NCBI RefSeq assembly: GCF_030144855.1
Contig: NC_082712.1
Location: forward strand, 169,508,001-169,572,000
DNA from: Hypanus sabinus
Taxonomy: Eukaryota
Direction of reading: 5' to 3'
Length of the DNA stretch: 64,000 nucleotides
Part shown: in pieces, positions 12,216 through 25,243 of the stretch
Position numbering within the stretch: the stretch's first letter is position 1
Layout: each line of letters starts with the position of its first letter
Made by a program: the position numbers and the translations under genes
Notes under the pieces: generated by a model
Seen by the model: only the letters and a program-made list of their open reading frames with translations
What the model was told of the DNA's origin: nothing
Databases searched by the model: none

Positions 12216-12571
12216 TTGAGTCACAAAAAATTAAACTAGCTGCTTAAACATTGACAGCAGTATGATTAATAATTAATATTACTGTCTGCCTTTGTCAGGA
12301 GATTAAGGGCACTGACAAAATTTGGCAGATTTAAAAAGTAGGCATGTGTAGGCGACCATTAGGTTTAGATAAACAGATTGGTTTAAACAAAGAATACAGC
12401 ATTATAGCAATAGAAAATAAAATCAGTAATTGATTTTGAGTATAAATTTAGGACATTGATCATCGTATCATTGATAAATTAATTTTTCTTCTCCTTCTCA
12501 TAGTTGGGCATTTTTATTTTGAGATTGAGCATGATCTTCCACTTCTGTCCTGAAAAGTGGAGAATAAAAAT

Positions 12572-12742
12572 CCTTCGGACTGAAACACTTCATCAGGATT
12601 CTTCATCATAAATCCTGACGAAGGGTCTTGGCCCAAAATAGCAACTGTTTATTCCCCTTCATAGATGCTGCCTGATCTGCTAAGTTCCTGCAGCATTTGG
12701 TGTGTGTTACTCTTGATTTCCAGCATTTACAGAATCTCTTGT
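12572..12742 (+). mobile_element. Penelope-derived terminal fragment with short inverted piece
   Basis: CCTGACGAAGGGTCTTGGCCCAAAA...ATAGATGCTGCCTGATCTGCTAAGTTCC, preceded by inverted CTTCATCAGGA. Confidence 0.8.
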
Positions 12743-14638
12743 GTGAATAAATATGTTTGAACTCCTTCAATATTGTGTTGCCTTTGCATGTCTGCATTGA
12801 TACACACAAACACGCTAATGCCTCATATCCTTTAGTCCATACACATTTCCTCACTGCTTCCTTCCCTCCGTAGTTCTCTTTTCACTTCCTGGTTTTTCCT
12901 GACTCTTCAGCTGTGATTTGGTCATTTTGTCCCAAATCTGGGACAATTTGTTGAATCTGCCCCAACCATTTCTGTTTCCAGCATTGCTCCTACCTTCTTC
13001 TTACCCCTATTCTTTGAGCCCAGTAACCAGTGCCTCTGGCCAAACCCAGAACTGCTGAACCTCTACCAGAGAACCTCATTGGATGCTCTCTGATCCTGGC
13101 AGGTCTGGACTTTGTGATGCTCTGCAGACCTTGTGATGGGTCTCGGTGTGTGATTGTTGCAGGTCTGAGAACATCTCACTTGGTCACCATATCAATGTCA
13201 AAAATTTACATAATGTATCCTGAGTCCCTCAAGACCCGGGCACTGTTGAGGATTTAGGCATCTGGATGCATTCATCTTTTCCTTCATGCAAAACTGTCAA
13301 CGTGTGCTTCGAAATTACTTCACCGAGTTTGTCATATCTATATGCATTTTAGAATTGCTTCCATGTTCATAAGGCATTAAATAACAAGGACGAAAAACTT
13401 GGTAATTACTTAGTAAAACTCTGCATCTCCCTTGTGGAACTTGTTTTGATTGTTTTGGTAAGGTTGGGTTAAAGGAGGTGATGAGTGAATTCTATTCCAT
13501 GGTGAGAAATTAGTTGTCTAATGATCTAATTAGCAATTGTGCCCTGCCAGCATTGTAGACAATTAATTTGCAGTGTACTAATGAGAGATAGGAATAGTAG
13601 AATACATTTATATGGCTGCCATTATCCTACAATTACAGATGTAATATGGTGAATGTATAGAGCTGTTAATGATGGTTATCCAAATTTTCCTTGTTGACTA
13701 ATTTATTTCTCATTGTTCTGACATACAAGGATTAAGTGGCTATGAATTAATTTAGGAGATTGAAGTATTGGGCCATAATGGAGTTGGATGTAGAGGTGTT
13801 AATAATATATTTCATTTGGAACTACAAAGCATATGGTGACTGTGCTCAAATTTGGCCTTGTAATTACTGAGTCTTATTTTCTGTTGTATGCATGAGCAAA
13901 ATTCATGAAAAATCAGGCTCCTACCTGAGAAAGGAGCATGAAAAGAGTCAGACACTGGATTCTTGGAGAGCAATTGTACGGGAATTAACATTCCGTTTCC
14001 GTTGGCCTCAAAGGGAAAAATGATTCTAAATCTGGTTATAATCTATTCTTTTCCCTGAACTTGTCAGAATCGAAGATAACAATTACTTAAAGGATACTTG
14101 AGTAATTAGCATTGATCTTTGTAAAGAGTAATTTCAGCCCGCAAGAAAGCATGAGCTCCCCTACTTTATTATATAGTGAATGCAAGGGATCTTTATATTG
14201 TTTGGTTTAAAATACAGTCAAGAGGTGTATAGCATATAATCAGGCAATTAAGACCAACAAGTGGGCACCAACTTTTGTGATAACATCTTCCAGGACTTGG
14301 CCTTCAATGCCTAGGCTGTTGAAGTGCTCATCTAAACACTTCGTAATTCTTGCAGTGACTCTGCTTCCATCATTCTCTCCAGCTGTATATTCCAAGTACT
14401 CGTTGCTCTCTGGGGTGAAAAAGTTTCCCATTAGATCCCCTGTAAATCTTGCACTCTTTACTTGACTTCTGCTCAGGGATAATGTTTAGAGTTATAGAAG
14501 AGTACAGCACAGAAACAGGCCTTTTGGCCCACCTAGCCCACACTGAACCATTTAAACTGCCCTGTCCCATTTACCTTTGCCAGAACTATAGCCTTTCATA
14601 CCCCTGCTATCCATATACCTATCTAAGCTTCTCTTAAA

Positions 14639-15140
14639 CTGTGTCCAGTTCTGGTCGCCTCACTCTTGGAAGGATGTAGAAGCATTGGAAAGGGTACAGA
14701 GGAGATTTACCAAGATGCTGCCTGGTTTAGAGAGTATGGATTATGAACAGAGATTAAGGGAGCTAGGGCTGTACTCTTTGGATAGAAGGAGGATGAGAGG
14801 AGACATGATAGAAGTGTACAAGATATTAAGAGGAATAGATAGAGTGGATGGCCAGCGCTTCTTCCCCAGGACACCACTGCTCAGTACAAGAGGACATGGC
14901 TTTAAGGTAAGGGGAGGGAAGTTCAAGGGGGATATTAGAGGAAGGTTTTTCACTCAGAGAGTGGTTGGTGCATAGAATGCACTGCCTGAGTCAGTGGTGG
15001 AGGCAGATACACTAGTGAGGTTTAAGAGACTACTAGACAGGTATATGGAGGAATTTAAGGTGGGGGGTTATATGGGAGGCAGGGTTTGAGGGTCGGCAAA
15101 ACATTGTGGGCCGAAGGGCTTGTAATGTTCTATGTTCTAT
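14639..15140 (+). mobile_element. Young 5'-truncated CR1 inserted into the host CR1
   Basis: ORF ERVQRRFTKMLPGLE...GRFFTQRVV; tail TGTTCTATGTTCTAT. Host resumes CTTCTCTTAA|ATGTTGAAATC. Confidence 0.9.
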
Positions 15141-17509
15141 AATGTTGAAATCAAGTTCACATGTTGTAGTTGCACTGGCAGCTCGTTCCACACTCGCATG
15201 ACACTCTGAGTGAATAAGTTTCCCCTCATGTTCCCCTTAAACTTTTCATTTTTTACCCTTAACCCATGATGTCTAGTTATAGTCCCACCCAGCTTGCACT
15301 TACCCCATCTATATCCTTCATAATTTTGTATACCTGTATCAAAACTCTCCTTGGTCCGTGGATGACACCAAGATTGGGGATGTAGTGGGCTGCAGGATAA
15401 AGTGCTAACCTATTTTAGCTTTCTTTATAACTCAGGTCCTCCAGTATTGACAGCATCCTTGTAAATCTTCTCTGTACTTTTCAATCTTATTTACATCCTT
15501 CCAGTAGATAGGTGACCAAAACTACACACAATACTCCAAATTAGACCTCACCAACGTCTCATACAACTACAACAAAACATCCCATCTCCTGTACTCAATA
15601 CTTTGATTTATAAGGCTAGTGTGCCACAAGCTTTGCTTATAATCCTATCTACCTGTGCCCCCACTTTCATAGAATTATGGACCTGTCTGTAATCCCAGAT
15701 CCCTTGTTCTACTATACTCAGTGTCCTCCTGCTCACTGTGTAAGACCTACTCTGGTTGGTCCTGTTGAAGTGTAACACCTTGTACTTGCTGCATTAAATT
15801 CCATCTACCATTTTCAGCCCATTTTTCCAGATGGTCCAGATCCCTCTGTAAACAACATTAGTCTTCCTCGCTGTTCATTACACCCTCAATCTTGGTGTCA
15901 TCCACAAATTTGCCGATCCAGATAACCACATTATCAACCTAATCATTGATACAGATGTCAAATAACAATGAACTCAGCACTGATCCCTGTGGCATTCCAA
16001 CTCAGAGAGGCAATCATTTACTACCACTCTCTGGTTTCTCCCACAAAGTCAATGTCTAATCCAATCTACTAGTAAGTTGAACTACTTCAGCTGAATGCCA
16101 AGCAACTGAATGATCTTGATGAATCTTCCATGTGACCTTTTGACTTTTTCAAATTAATTGCTAAAGTCTACATAGACAACATCCACTGCCCTGCCTTCAT
16201 CAACTTTCCTATAAGACTGGTTAGACACAACCTACCACACACAAAGCCATGCTGACTATCCCTAATCAGTCTATGTCTATGCAAATACGCATACATCTGG
16301 TCTCTTTGAATACCTTCAAATAACTTTTGAATAACTACTGATGTTCCTGATCTATAACTTCCTAGTTTATTTTTAAAGCCTCTCTAAAACAGCAGAACAG
16401 CATTAGCTATCCTTCAGTACCTCACCTGTCGCTAAGGGTGATTTAAATATCTCTTCTAGGGCCCCTGCAACTTCTGTACTTGTCTCCCGCAGGGTATGAA
16501 AGAATACTTTGTCAGACCCTGGGGATTTAACCATTCTAATTTGCCTCAAGACAGCCAATGTTTCCTCCTTTGTAATCTGTATAGGGCCCATGACCTCAGT
16601 TGCTTTGCCTCACTTCTATGGACTCTGTGTCTGTTTTCTGAGTAAAATGCAAAAAAGTTCATTTATGATCTCCCCCATTTCTTTTGGCTCCATGCATAGA
16701 TTATCATTCTGATCTTTCAGAGAACCAATTTTGAAATCCTTTTGCTCTTAACATATGTGTAGAATCCCTTAAGATTCTTCTTCACCTTGTCTGTTAGGGC
16801 AACCTCATGCTTTCCTTTAGTGTTCTGGATTTCTTTATTATGAAACCCCTTTTTAACCTGGCATCTCTAGAAACATGGCTCGCTAACCCCTTGCACACAA
16901 CCACTGGACACAGTGGGGAGAAACGTACCTTTCTTGAAATCTGTACGTCTAGGGTCGGTATGGCTTGGGTTCCACCAGACCAGGAAGTTGGGATGTTTTG
17001 ACACCTGAACCCCAAGATGAATGAATACTGTGTAACTACTGCGTAAATACTGCTCATGTGCAATTATCCTGTGTACAATTATAAAGGTGGTGTATTTATG
17101 AATACCAACTTAATCAAACAGTTATTAGAGAAGAAAGAAAAAAAAACTATAAAGTCAAATGTGCACAATGTTGGCATTCATATCTTCCAAAAGTGTGTCT
17201 CTTACTCACGGCGCCAACCCCTACTCACCAATCACTGGTAGAACATCCCACCTTGGACTCCATTAATCATGCATTCCAGTTGGATTGAATCCTGTGGCCA
17301 TTCTCTCGATCTTCACTTTCCACCTCCCGCCAAAAAGATCTCGACTCACCCCAGTGTCTGTCACTAAACCTCTCTGCCCAGCTTTCTCTAGAACCTTTTC
17401 CCAATTCCGCCATCCTGATTGGCTGACCCGACGTTCCTAAGCTGAACATCACAACCTCTTATCTTTAACAGTAACCCAAGCTCTACTAGTAGAACACACT
17501 GCTTCTATA

Positions 17510-19367
17510 TGTGGTGGTGGGTCGTGGTCGACCATGGGTACTGCGCCTCTGGTAGTCACTGGTTTGTTGAGCAGCGTCGACTGTGGCTATTGAAGCTGAT
17601 CCTGGAACAGCAGGCTCTGCCATAGTTGCTGCATGTGTAGGGCGTTGTGGAATTGTTGTCCGCTATCCTCTGTGCTCTCCGTTTAGCTCTCTGCTCCTCA
17701 GACTGACTCAGGATCACTCTTTCGCCTTGCTCTGGGTGTTGTTGAAGAGTACCTTGCCATTTGTTGCGGTCATCTGCTGTATCCTCCCAGCACTCTGTGT
17801 TGATGTTTAAGGCTTTCATGTCCTTGAAGTGAAGCTGGGATCTACCAACATTCCTCTTGCCTGTTGCTAGTTCTCCGTAGAGGTTGTCCTTTGGCAGTCT
17901 ACCATCCTTCGTACGACAGACGTGGCCCAGTCAGCACAGTCTGTGTTGTTTTAAAAGCATGAACATTGTGGGAAGTCCAGCGCAGGAAAGGACCTCGGAG
18001 TTTGGGACTTTGTCTCTCCAGGTGATGCCGAGGATGCGGCAAAGGCTGCGCAGGTGAAAACTATTGAGTTTCCTCTTCTGTTTGGAGTAGATGATCCAAG
18101 TCTTGCTACCATACTGGAGGCTGCTGTTAACACGTGCACTGTACAAGGCAGTCTTGGTCTTTGTAAAGAATTTTGGATTCTCCCAGACCTGTGACGAGAG
18201 TCGAGCAAGGATCTATGTTGCTTTGCCGATACACCTATTGATTTCAGCATTAAGGGAGAGAGTGTTGCTAATGGTCGACCCCAAGTCTGTGAACTCGTGG
18301 ACCACTTCTAGATCGTAATTGTCAATGGTAATGACTGGTGTCTCCACTACGTCCTAGGCAAGGACATTTGTTTTCTTTAGGCTGATGGTAAGCTCGAAGT
18401 CTTTGCATGCCTTAGAGAAGTGGTTCATGAGAGTTTGTAGTTGCTGTTTGGTATGCAAGGTTATAGCAGCATCATCGGCAAAGAGCATGTCACGTATTAA
18501 GATCTTTCCCACCTTTGTTCTTGCTTTCAGGCGTGCAGGGTTGAACAGCCACTTATCAGACCTGGTGTGCTTGTAGATGCCTTCTGTTAACGTCCCAAAC
18601 ACATGTTTCAATAGCATCGAGAAGAAGATGCCGAATAATGTTGGGGCCAACACGCATCCTTGTTTGACTCCACTATGAATAGCGAAGGGTTCTGATGAGC
18701 TGCCATCATACTAAGCAGTAGCCCTTGTCATCATGGAATGACTTGATGATACCTTGGAGTTTCGGGGGATATCCAATCTTGAGGAGAATCTGAAAGAGCC
18801 TAACCCTGCTGACAAGGTCGAATGTCTTGGTCAAATCGATGGAAGTGACAAAGAAGGGTTTCTGTTGTTCCCTGCACTTCTGGAGTTGACGGAGTGAGAA
18901 AATCATGTCGACAGTTGACCTCCTTGTGCAAAATCCACATTGGGACTCGGTAGACTCGTTCTGCTAGAGTTTGTAGACGTGTCAGAGGTACACAAGCAAA
19001 GACTTTGCCGACAATACTCAGGAGGGAGATACCCCTGTAGTTGTTGCAGTCGTTCCTATCACCCTTGTTCTTGTACAAAGTGACGATTTTGGAGTTGTGC
19101 ATATCCTGTGGTACGGCTCCTTCCTTCCAGCACTGACGGAAGACCTTGTGTAAAGGTTGGAGGAGTGAGCTCTTGCAGTGTTTGATCAGGTCTGGAGGAA
19201 TCCCATCATTGCCAGGAGCTTTCCCTGGGGCCAGACTCTCAGTTGCTTTGTTGAGGTCCTCAGTGGTTGGTATGGAGTCGAGTTCATCCATGACTGGTAG
19301 ACAATCAGTAGCATCAATGGCTGAGCTAACAACATTTGCCCTCAAGTAAAGCTCGGGGTAGTGTTCC
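17510..19367 (-). mobile_element. RTE-clade LINE, 3' (RT) half, non-inverted segment
   Basis: KAPGNDGIPP, YKNKGDRNDCNNYRGISLL, GVKQGCVLAP, MLFADDA, LGITWRDKVPN; C-terminal CxxxxxxC..SH knuckle; (CCA)n tail at 17510-17520. Confidence 0.92.
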
Positions 19368-21534
19368 TAATGTAGTCATAGATGAAGGGTAGTAGTGGGG
19401 ACCAGCTCCCACTGCTAAGCAAATGCTCTTCATGGCATGGGTCTCAAACAGCCTCTGACAACCAAGTCCAACATCTGGTCTTCACGTGTGGCATAGTTCT
19501 TATGCTCGGTGGAGCTATTCTCACTGACAGGAGAAGGGGCAAAGGCGGGTGACTGGCACCTTTAAACCAGTTGCTCCGGGCAGATGGGGCTCATTAACCA
19601 AGGATGGTAGCTCATCTAGGAGAGGGAATCTCCGATTATAATTCTCCGCTGCCTTGTGGCTATACCCGCTCACAGGAAAAGCTTCGGGAGTAAACCCCCA
19701 AGGAGAAATCCGGAGTCGGAGTCCTGAAGGCGGCTGACTGCTGTACCCAGCACCAGCACGGCATCTCTTGTGATGCTGCTGACACCAAACTGTATCAACT
19801 TTTGTTGTCCCTTTGGACCTGTCATCTGCATGGAGAGGGGCATCCCACTGCATGGGCAACAGACGGATCTCCTTATCAATTCTGCCCTGGCTTGCACCCT
19901 GTAGAGGCCACTCCAGCTTTGCTTTATGGCGCCAGACAAACATGGGGAACAGCAGTTACTGGTTATAAGTCATAATGCTTGATTGGCGTAGATCATGGTG
20001 CCAAGGGTTGCTTCCGACAGTGGGAGAGACTATCGCATTTAACTGGACAGCTACTGCCTGCCTGAAGCTGGGCAGCCCCCAGCAAATAAGGTGCTGTCCC
20101 ACCACAGTCAGTCTTCCTCATTGGGTGCATGGGGATAATGGATTATTCCATGAAGAGCTGACTGTAACTACTGCACCAGTCAAGAAAGAAAACAAATCGA
20201 ATAAGACAGCTCCCCTCAAGTTGTGATGTTGGAATGTCCGCACAATGATGACTGGACTTGACCAAAACCTCAAGGATATTGAAGATGCACAAAAAGCAGC
20301 GGCCGTTAACAATGAGCTACTAAGGCTCAATGTAGATATAGCTGCCCTATAAGAAACAAGTTTGGCGGATTCAGGTATACTGAAGGAAAGGGACTACACG
20401 TTTTTCTGGCAGGGAAAGAACCAAAATGAGCCCTGCGAGCATGGAGTGGGTTTTGCCATTAGGAACTCCTTGTTGCAAATGGTGGAGCCACCAGAAAATG
20501 GATCAGGGCAACTTACGGCTCTCCGTCGACACACCAGTTATGACCCAGTATCTCTCGTCAGTGTGTATGCCCCTATCTTGAACTCCACCTCTGAGGCAAA
20601 AGGCATGTTCTACAACAAATTAGAAATTGTTGTCAGGAATATTCCCAGTGATGAGCGCCTTGTTCTCCTTGGTGACTTCAACGCCAGAGTGGGAGTTGAT
20701 AACGATTCTTGGCCGTCTTGGACACTTTGGAATTGGCAAAATAAATGACAATGGACAACATCTCCTGGAGTTCTGCTCCCATCTCGGCCTGTGTGTAATT
20801 AACTCCTACTTTCAGATGAAGTCGCAGTACAAGGTCTCATGGTAACATCCACGGTCTAAACACTGGCACCAACTTGACCTGATCATCATCTTGTTCTTTC
20901 ATTAACTCTGTGCTAATCACCCACTCATACCACAGTGCAGACTGCGATACGGATCATGCTTTTAGTATGCTGCAAGATCAAACTACGTCCAAAGAAAATC
21001 CATCCCTCCAAACAAACTGGCAAACCTCGCATCAACACAACAGAGGTGCAGCAGTCAGAAAAGGCTGACCATTTTGCCAAGTCAGTACAGGATGCTATGA
21101 CTACCTCCTTACAAGGAGATACTGCAACAGAACAATGGTCATACCTTTGTGACGCCATCCATGAATCAGCTTTCTCTATTTTTGGAAGAAAAACCACAAA
21201 GAGAGTGACTGGTTTGAGGCAAAGTCCAACATCATGACTCTGTCATCGAAGCCAAGCATGCAGCTCTCACAGAGTACAAGCGCTCAGCATCTGACCAAAC
21301 ACTCCAGGCACATCGAGCTGCTGGAAGCAAAGTGCAACAGACTGCAAGGCAGTGCACAAATGAGTACTGGCTGCAGCTCGGTGAGGACATTCAGACAGCA
21401 GCTGTGACAGGCAACATCAGATTGATGTATGATGGTATCAAGAAGGTCCTTGGCCTATCGCAGAGCAAGACAGCACCCCTGAAGTCATCCAGCGGTGAAA
21501 TAATCACTGATAAAAGCAAGAAGATGGAACACTC
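19368..21534 (+). mobile_element. RTE-clade LINE, 5' UTR plus AP endonuclease half, inverted segment
   Basis: WNVRTM, YTFFWQG, GVGFAI, VSVYAP, LLGDFNARVG, TDH, APLKSSSGEIITDKSKKME; multiple stops and frameshifts. Confidence 0.92.
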
Positions 21535-21904
21535 AGTAGAACTGCTTCTATAGAAAAACGTAAATTAACTACCCTCCAACAATAGCAGTTAAAGCTTAAA
21601 TGGAGCATTAAGTGTTTTCTTACATTTCTTATACTCCATCAGTACCTCATTTGTTCCTAACTGCTTATACCCACTATAACCCTTTTTTTCTCTTAACCAG
21701 GGCCTCAAAATCTCATGAAACCAAGGTACCTGAATCCTTAGGGGCCTTATCTTTACCCTTTTATTCTGACGGCACATAGAAGCTTTGTACACTCAAAATT
21801 TCATTTTTGCAGGTCTTCCGCTTACAAAGTTCACTTTTGCCAGTAAACAGCCTGATATAGTCAACATTTACCAGATCCTTTTTGATACTATCAAAATTAC
21901 ATTT

Positions 21905-22005
21905 TATATTTATATTTCATTTATTTTTTATAACACAACCTTGAGATTCCCCTGCATACAGGCAGCCACCAACCAAGAACCCCAAAAGAACCAAATTTAA
22001 AAAAG
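21905..22005 (-). mobile_element. 3' tail of the unclassified non-autonomous family seen at 5905 and 47795
   Basis: CATTTATT..ACAACCTTGAGATTC..GGCAGCCAC..AACCAAGAA resembles 5915-5985. Confidence 0.45.
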
Positions 22006-25000
22006 GTAGTGATCTCGGGATTACTGCCTGTGCCGCGTGACAGCGAGTATAGAAATAGAATGCGGTGGAGGATAAATGCTTGGCTGAGGGATTGGAGCAG
22101 GGGGCAGGGATTCAGATTTCTGGATCATTGGGACCTCTTCGGGGGGAGTTGTGACTTGTACAAAAAGGACAGGTTGCACTTGGATCTGAAGGGGACCAAT
22201 ATCCTCGCGGGAAGGTTTGCTAAGGCTATTGGGGAGAGTTTGAACTAGAATTGCTGGGGGGGGGTGGGAATCAAACTGAAGTGACAGGGGGAAATGAGGT
22301 TGGCTCATAAATAGAAAAAGCTTGGAGACAGTGCGAAAAGGAGGATAGGCAGGTGATAGAGAAGGGACACACGCACTCAGACCAATGGTTTGAGATATGT
22401 CTACTTTAATGCAAGGAGTATTATGAATAAAGCGGATGAGCTTAGAGTATGGATCAGCACTTGGAGCTATGATGTTGTGGCCATTACACAGACTTGGATA
22501 GTGCAGGGGCAGAATGGCTACTTCAAGTGCCAGCCTTTAGATGTTTCAGAAGGGATAGGGAGGGAGGCAAAGGAGGTGGGGCCTGACACTGTTGATCAGA
22601 GATAGCGTCACATTTGCAGAAAAAGAGCAAGTCATGGAGGTGTTGTCTACAGATTCTCTGTGGGTAAAAGTTAGGAACAGGAAGGGGTCAATAACTCTGC
22701 TGGGTGTTTTTTGTAGACCACCTAATAATAACAGGGACATTGAGGAGCAGATAGGGAGCCAGATTCTGGAAAGGAGTAATAATAACAGGGTTGTTGTGGT
22801 GGGAGATTTTAATTTCCCAAATATGGATTGGCATCTCCCTAGAGTGAGTGGGTTTAGATAGGGTAGAGTTTGTTAGGTGTGTTCAGGAAGGTTTCGTGAC
22901 ACAATATGTAGATAAGCCTACAAGAGGAGAGGCTGCACTTGATCTGGTATTGGGAAATGAACCTGGTCAGGTGTCGGGTCTTTCAGTGGGAGAGCGTTTT
23001 GGAGATAGTGATCACAATTCTATCTCCTTTACTATGGCATTGGAGAGGGATAGGAACAGACAAGTTAGGGAAACGTTTAGTTGGAGTAAGGGGAAATATG
23101 AGGTTATCAGGCAGGAACTTGGAGGCATAAATTGGAAACATGTTGTCAGGAAAACGCACGGAAAAAAATGTGGCAAATGTTCAGGGGATATTTGCATAGG
23201 GTTCTGAGTAGGTACATTCTAATGAGACATGGAAAGAATGGTAAGGTACAAGATCAGTGGTGTACAAAGGCTGTTGTAAATCTAGGCAAGAAGAAAAGAA
23301 GAGTTTACGAAAGGTTCTGAAAACTAGGTAACAATAGGATTCTAGAAGATTATAAGGCTAACACGAAGGAGCTTAAGAATGAAATTAGGAGCGCCAGAAG
23401 GGGCCATGAGAAGGCCTTGACGGACAGGATTAAGGAAAACCCCAAGGCATTCTACAAGTATGTGAAGAGCAAGAGGATAAGACATAAGAGTATAGGACCA
23501 ATCAAGTGTGACAGTGGAAAAGTGTGTATGGAACTGGAGGAAATAGCAGAGGTATTTAATGAATACTTTGCTTCAGTACTCACTACAGAAAAGAATCTTG
23601 GTGATTGTAGGGATGACTTGCAGTGGACTGAAAAGCTTGAGCATGTAGATATTAAGGAAGAGGATGTGCTGGAGCTTTTGGAAAGCATCAAATTGGATAA
23701 GTCACTGGGACTGGACGGGATGTACCCCAGGCTACTGTGGGAAGTGAGGGAGGAGATTGCTGAGCTTTTGGCAATGATCTTTGCATCACCAATGGGGACG
23801 GGAGAGGTTCCGGAAGATTGGAGAGTTTCGGATGTTGTTCCCCTATTCGAGAAAGAGAGTAGGGATAGCCCAGGAAATTATCGACCAGTGAATCTTACTT
23901 CAGTGGTTGGTATGTTGATGGAGAAGATCCTGAGAGGCAGGATTTATGAATATTTGTTGAGGCATAATATGATTAGGAATAGTCAGTGTGGCTTTGTCAA
24001 GGGCAGGCATGCCTTACGAGCCTGATTGAATTTTTTGAGGATGTGACTGAGCACGTTGATATAGGTAGAACCATAGGTGTAATGTATATGGATTTTAGCA
24101 AGGCATTTGATAGGGTACCTCATGCAAGGCTTATTGAGAAAGTAAGGAGGCATTGGTTACAAGGGGACATTGCTTTGTGGATCCAGAACCGGCTTGCCCA
24201 CAGAAGGAAAAGTGTGGTTGTTGGTGGGCCATGTTGCATGGAGGCCGGTGACCAGTGGTGTGCCTCAGGGATCTGTTTTGGGAGCCGTATTCTTTGTGAT
24301 ATTTATAAATTACCTGGATGAGGAAGTGGAGGGATGGGTTAGTAAATTTACTGATGACACAAAATTTGGGAGTGTTGTGGATAGTGTGGAGTGCTGTCAG
24401 AGGTTACAATGGGACATTGATAGGATGCAAAACTGGGCTGAGAAGTGGCAGATGGAGTTTAACCCAAATAAGTGTGAGGTGGTTCATTTTAGTAGGTCAC
24501 ATATGATGGCAGAATATAGTATTAATGGTAAAGCTCTTGGCAGTGTGGAGGATCAGAGGGATCTTGGGGTCCATAGGACACTCAAAGCTGCTATGTAGGT
24601 TGACTCTATGGTTAAGAAGGCATATGGTGTATTGGCCTTCAACAATCATGGGATTGAGTTTAAGAGCCGAAAGGTAATATCGCATCTATATAGGACCCTG
24701 GTCAGACCCTACTTGGAGTACTGTGCTGAGTTCTGCAACCTCACTACAGGAAGGACATGGAAACCATAGAAGGGGTGCAGAGAAGATTTACAAGGATTTT
24801 GCCTGGATTGGGGAGCATGCCTTACGAGAATAGGTTGAGCGAACTCAGCATTTTCTCCTTGGAGCGACGGAGGATGAGAGGTGACCTGATACAGGTGTAC
24901 AAGATAATGAGAAGCATCGATCGTGTCGATAGTCAGAGGCTTTTCCCCAAGACTGCAATGGCTACCATGAGAGGGCATAGTTTTAAGGTTCTTGGAAGTA

Positions 25001-25243
25001 GGTACAGAGATGTCGGGATAAGTTTTTTATCCAGAGAGTGGTGAGTGCATGGAATGGGCTGCTGGTTGCGGTGCTGGAGGCAGAATCGATAGGGTCTTTT
25101 AAGAGACTCCTGGATGGGTACATGGAGCTTAGAAAAATAGAGGATTATGGGTAAAGCCTAGGTAGTTCTAAGGTAGGGACATGTTCGGCACAGCTTAGTG
25201 GCTGAAGGGCCTGTATTGTGCTGTAGGTTTTCTATGTTCTATG
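22006..25243 (+). mobile_element. CR1 LINE: ORF1 C-terminus (SGNH esterase-like) and full-span ORF2 (EN-RT), disrupted
   Basis: ORF1 end SGLLPVPR..FRFLDHW..YKKDRLHL; EN motifs YFNARSI, VVGDFN, SDH; RT motifs NYRPVNLTS, DFSKAFD, VPQGSVLG, FTDDTK; tail TTCTATGTTCTATG. Confidence 0.95.

Larger units (their letters stand above)
16836..21610 (-). mobile_element. Solo LTR (Gypsy-like), split by the RTE insertion (16836-17509 and 21541-21610)
   Basis: Non-coding ~750 bp insert interrupting the CR1, with near TG..CA termini (TATTATGAAACCC ... GGAGCATTA) and a CCAAT-type CTGATTGGCTG. Confidence 0.55.

Noticed and set aside
12929-12946. TGTCCCA-AATC-TGGGACA hairpin
   Set aside because: A 7-bp stem is within chance expectation, and no TIR/TSD context was found.
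13892-14023. 43-codon ORF MSKIHEKSGSYLRKE...
   Set aside because: No recognisable homology or convincing splice context.
22390-25044. Active CR1 ORF2
   Set aside because: It is broken into many frames by stops and frameshifts, the FADD motif reads FTDD, and ORF1 is 5'-truncated.
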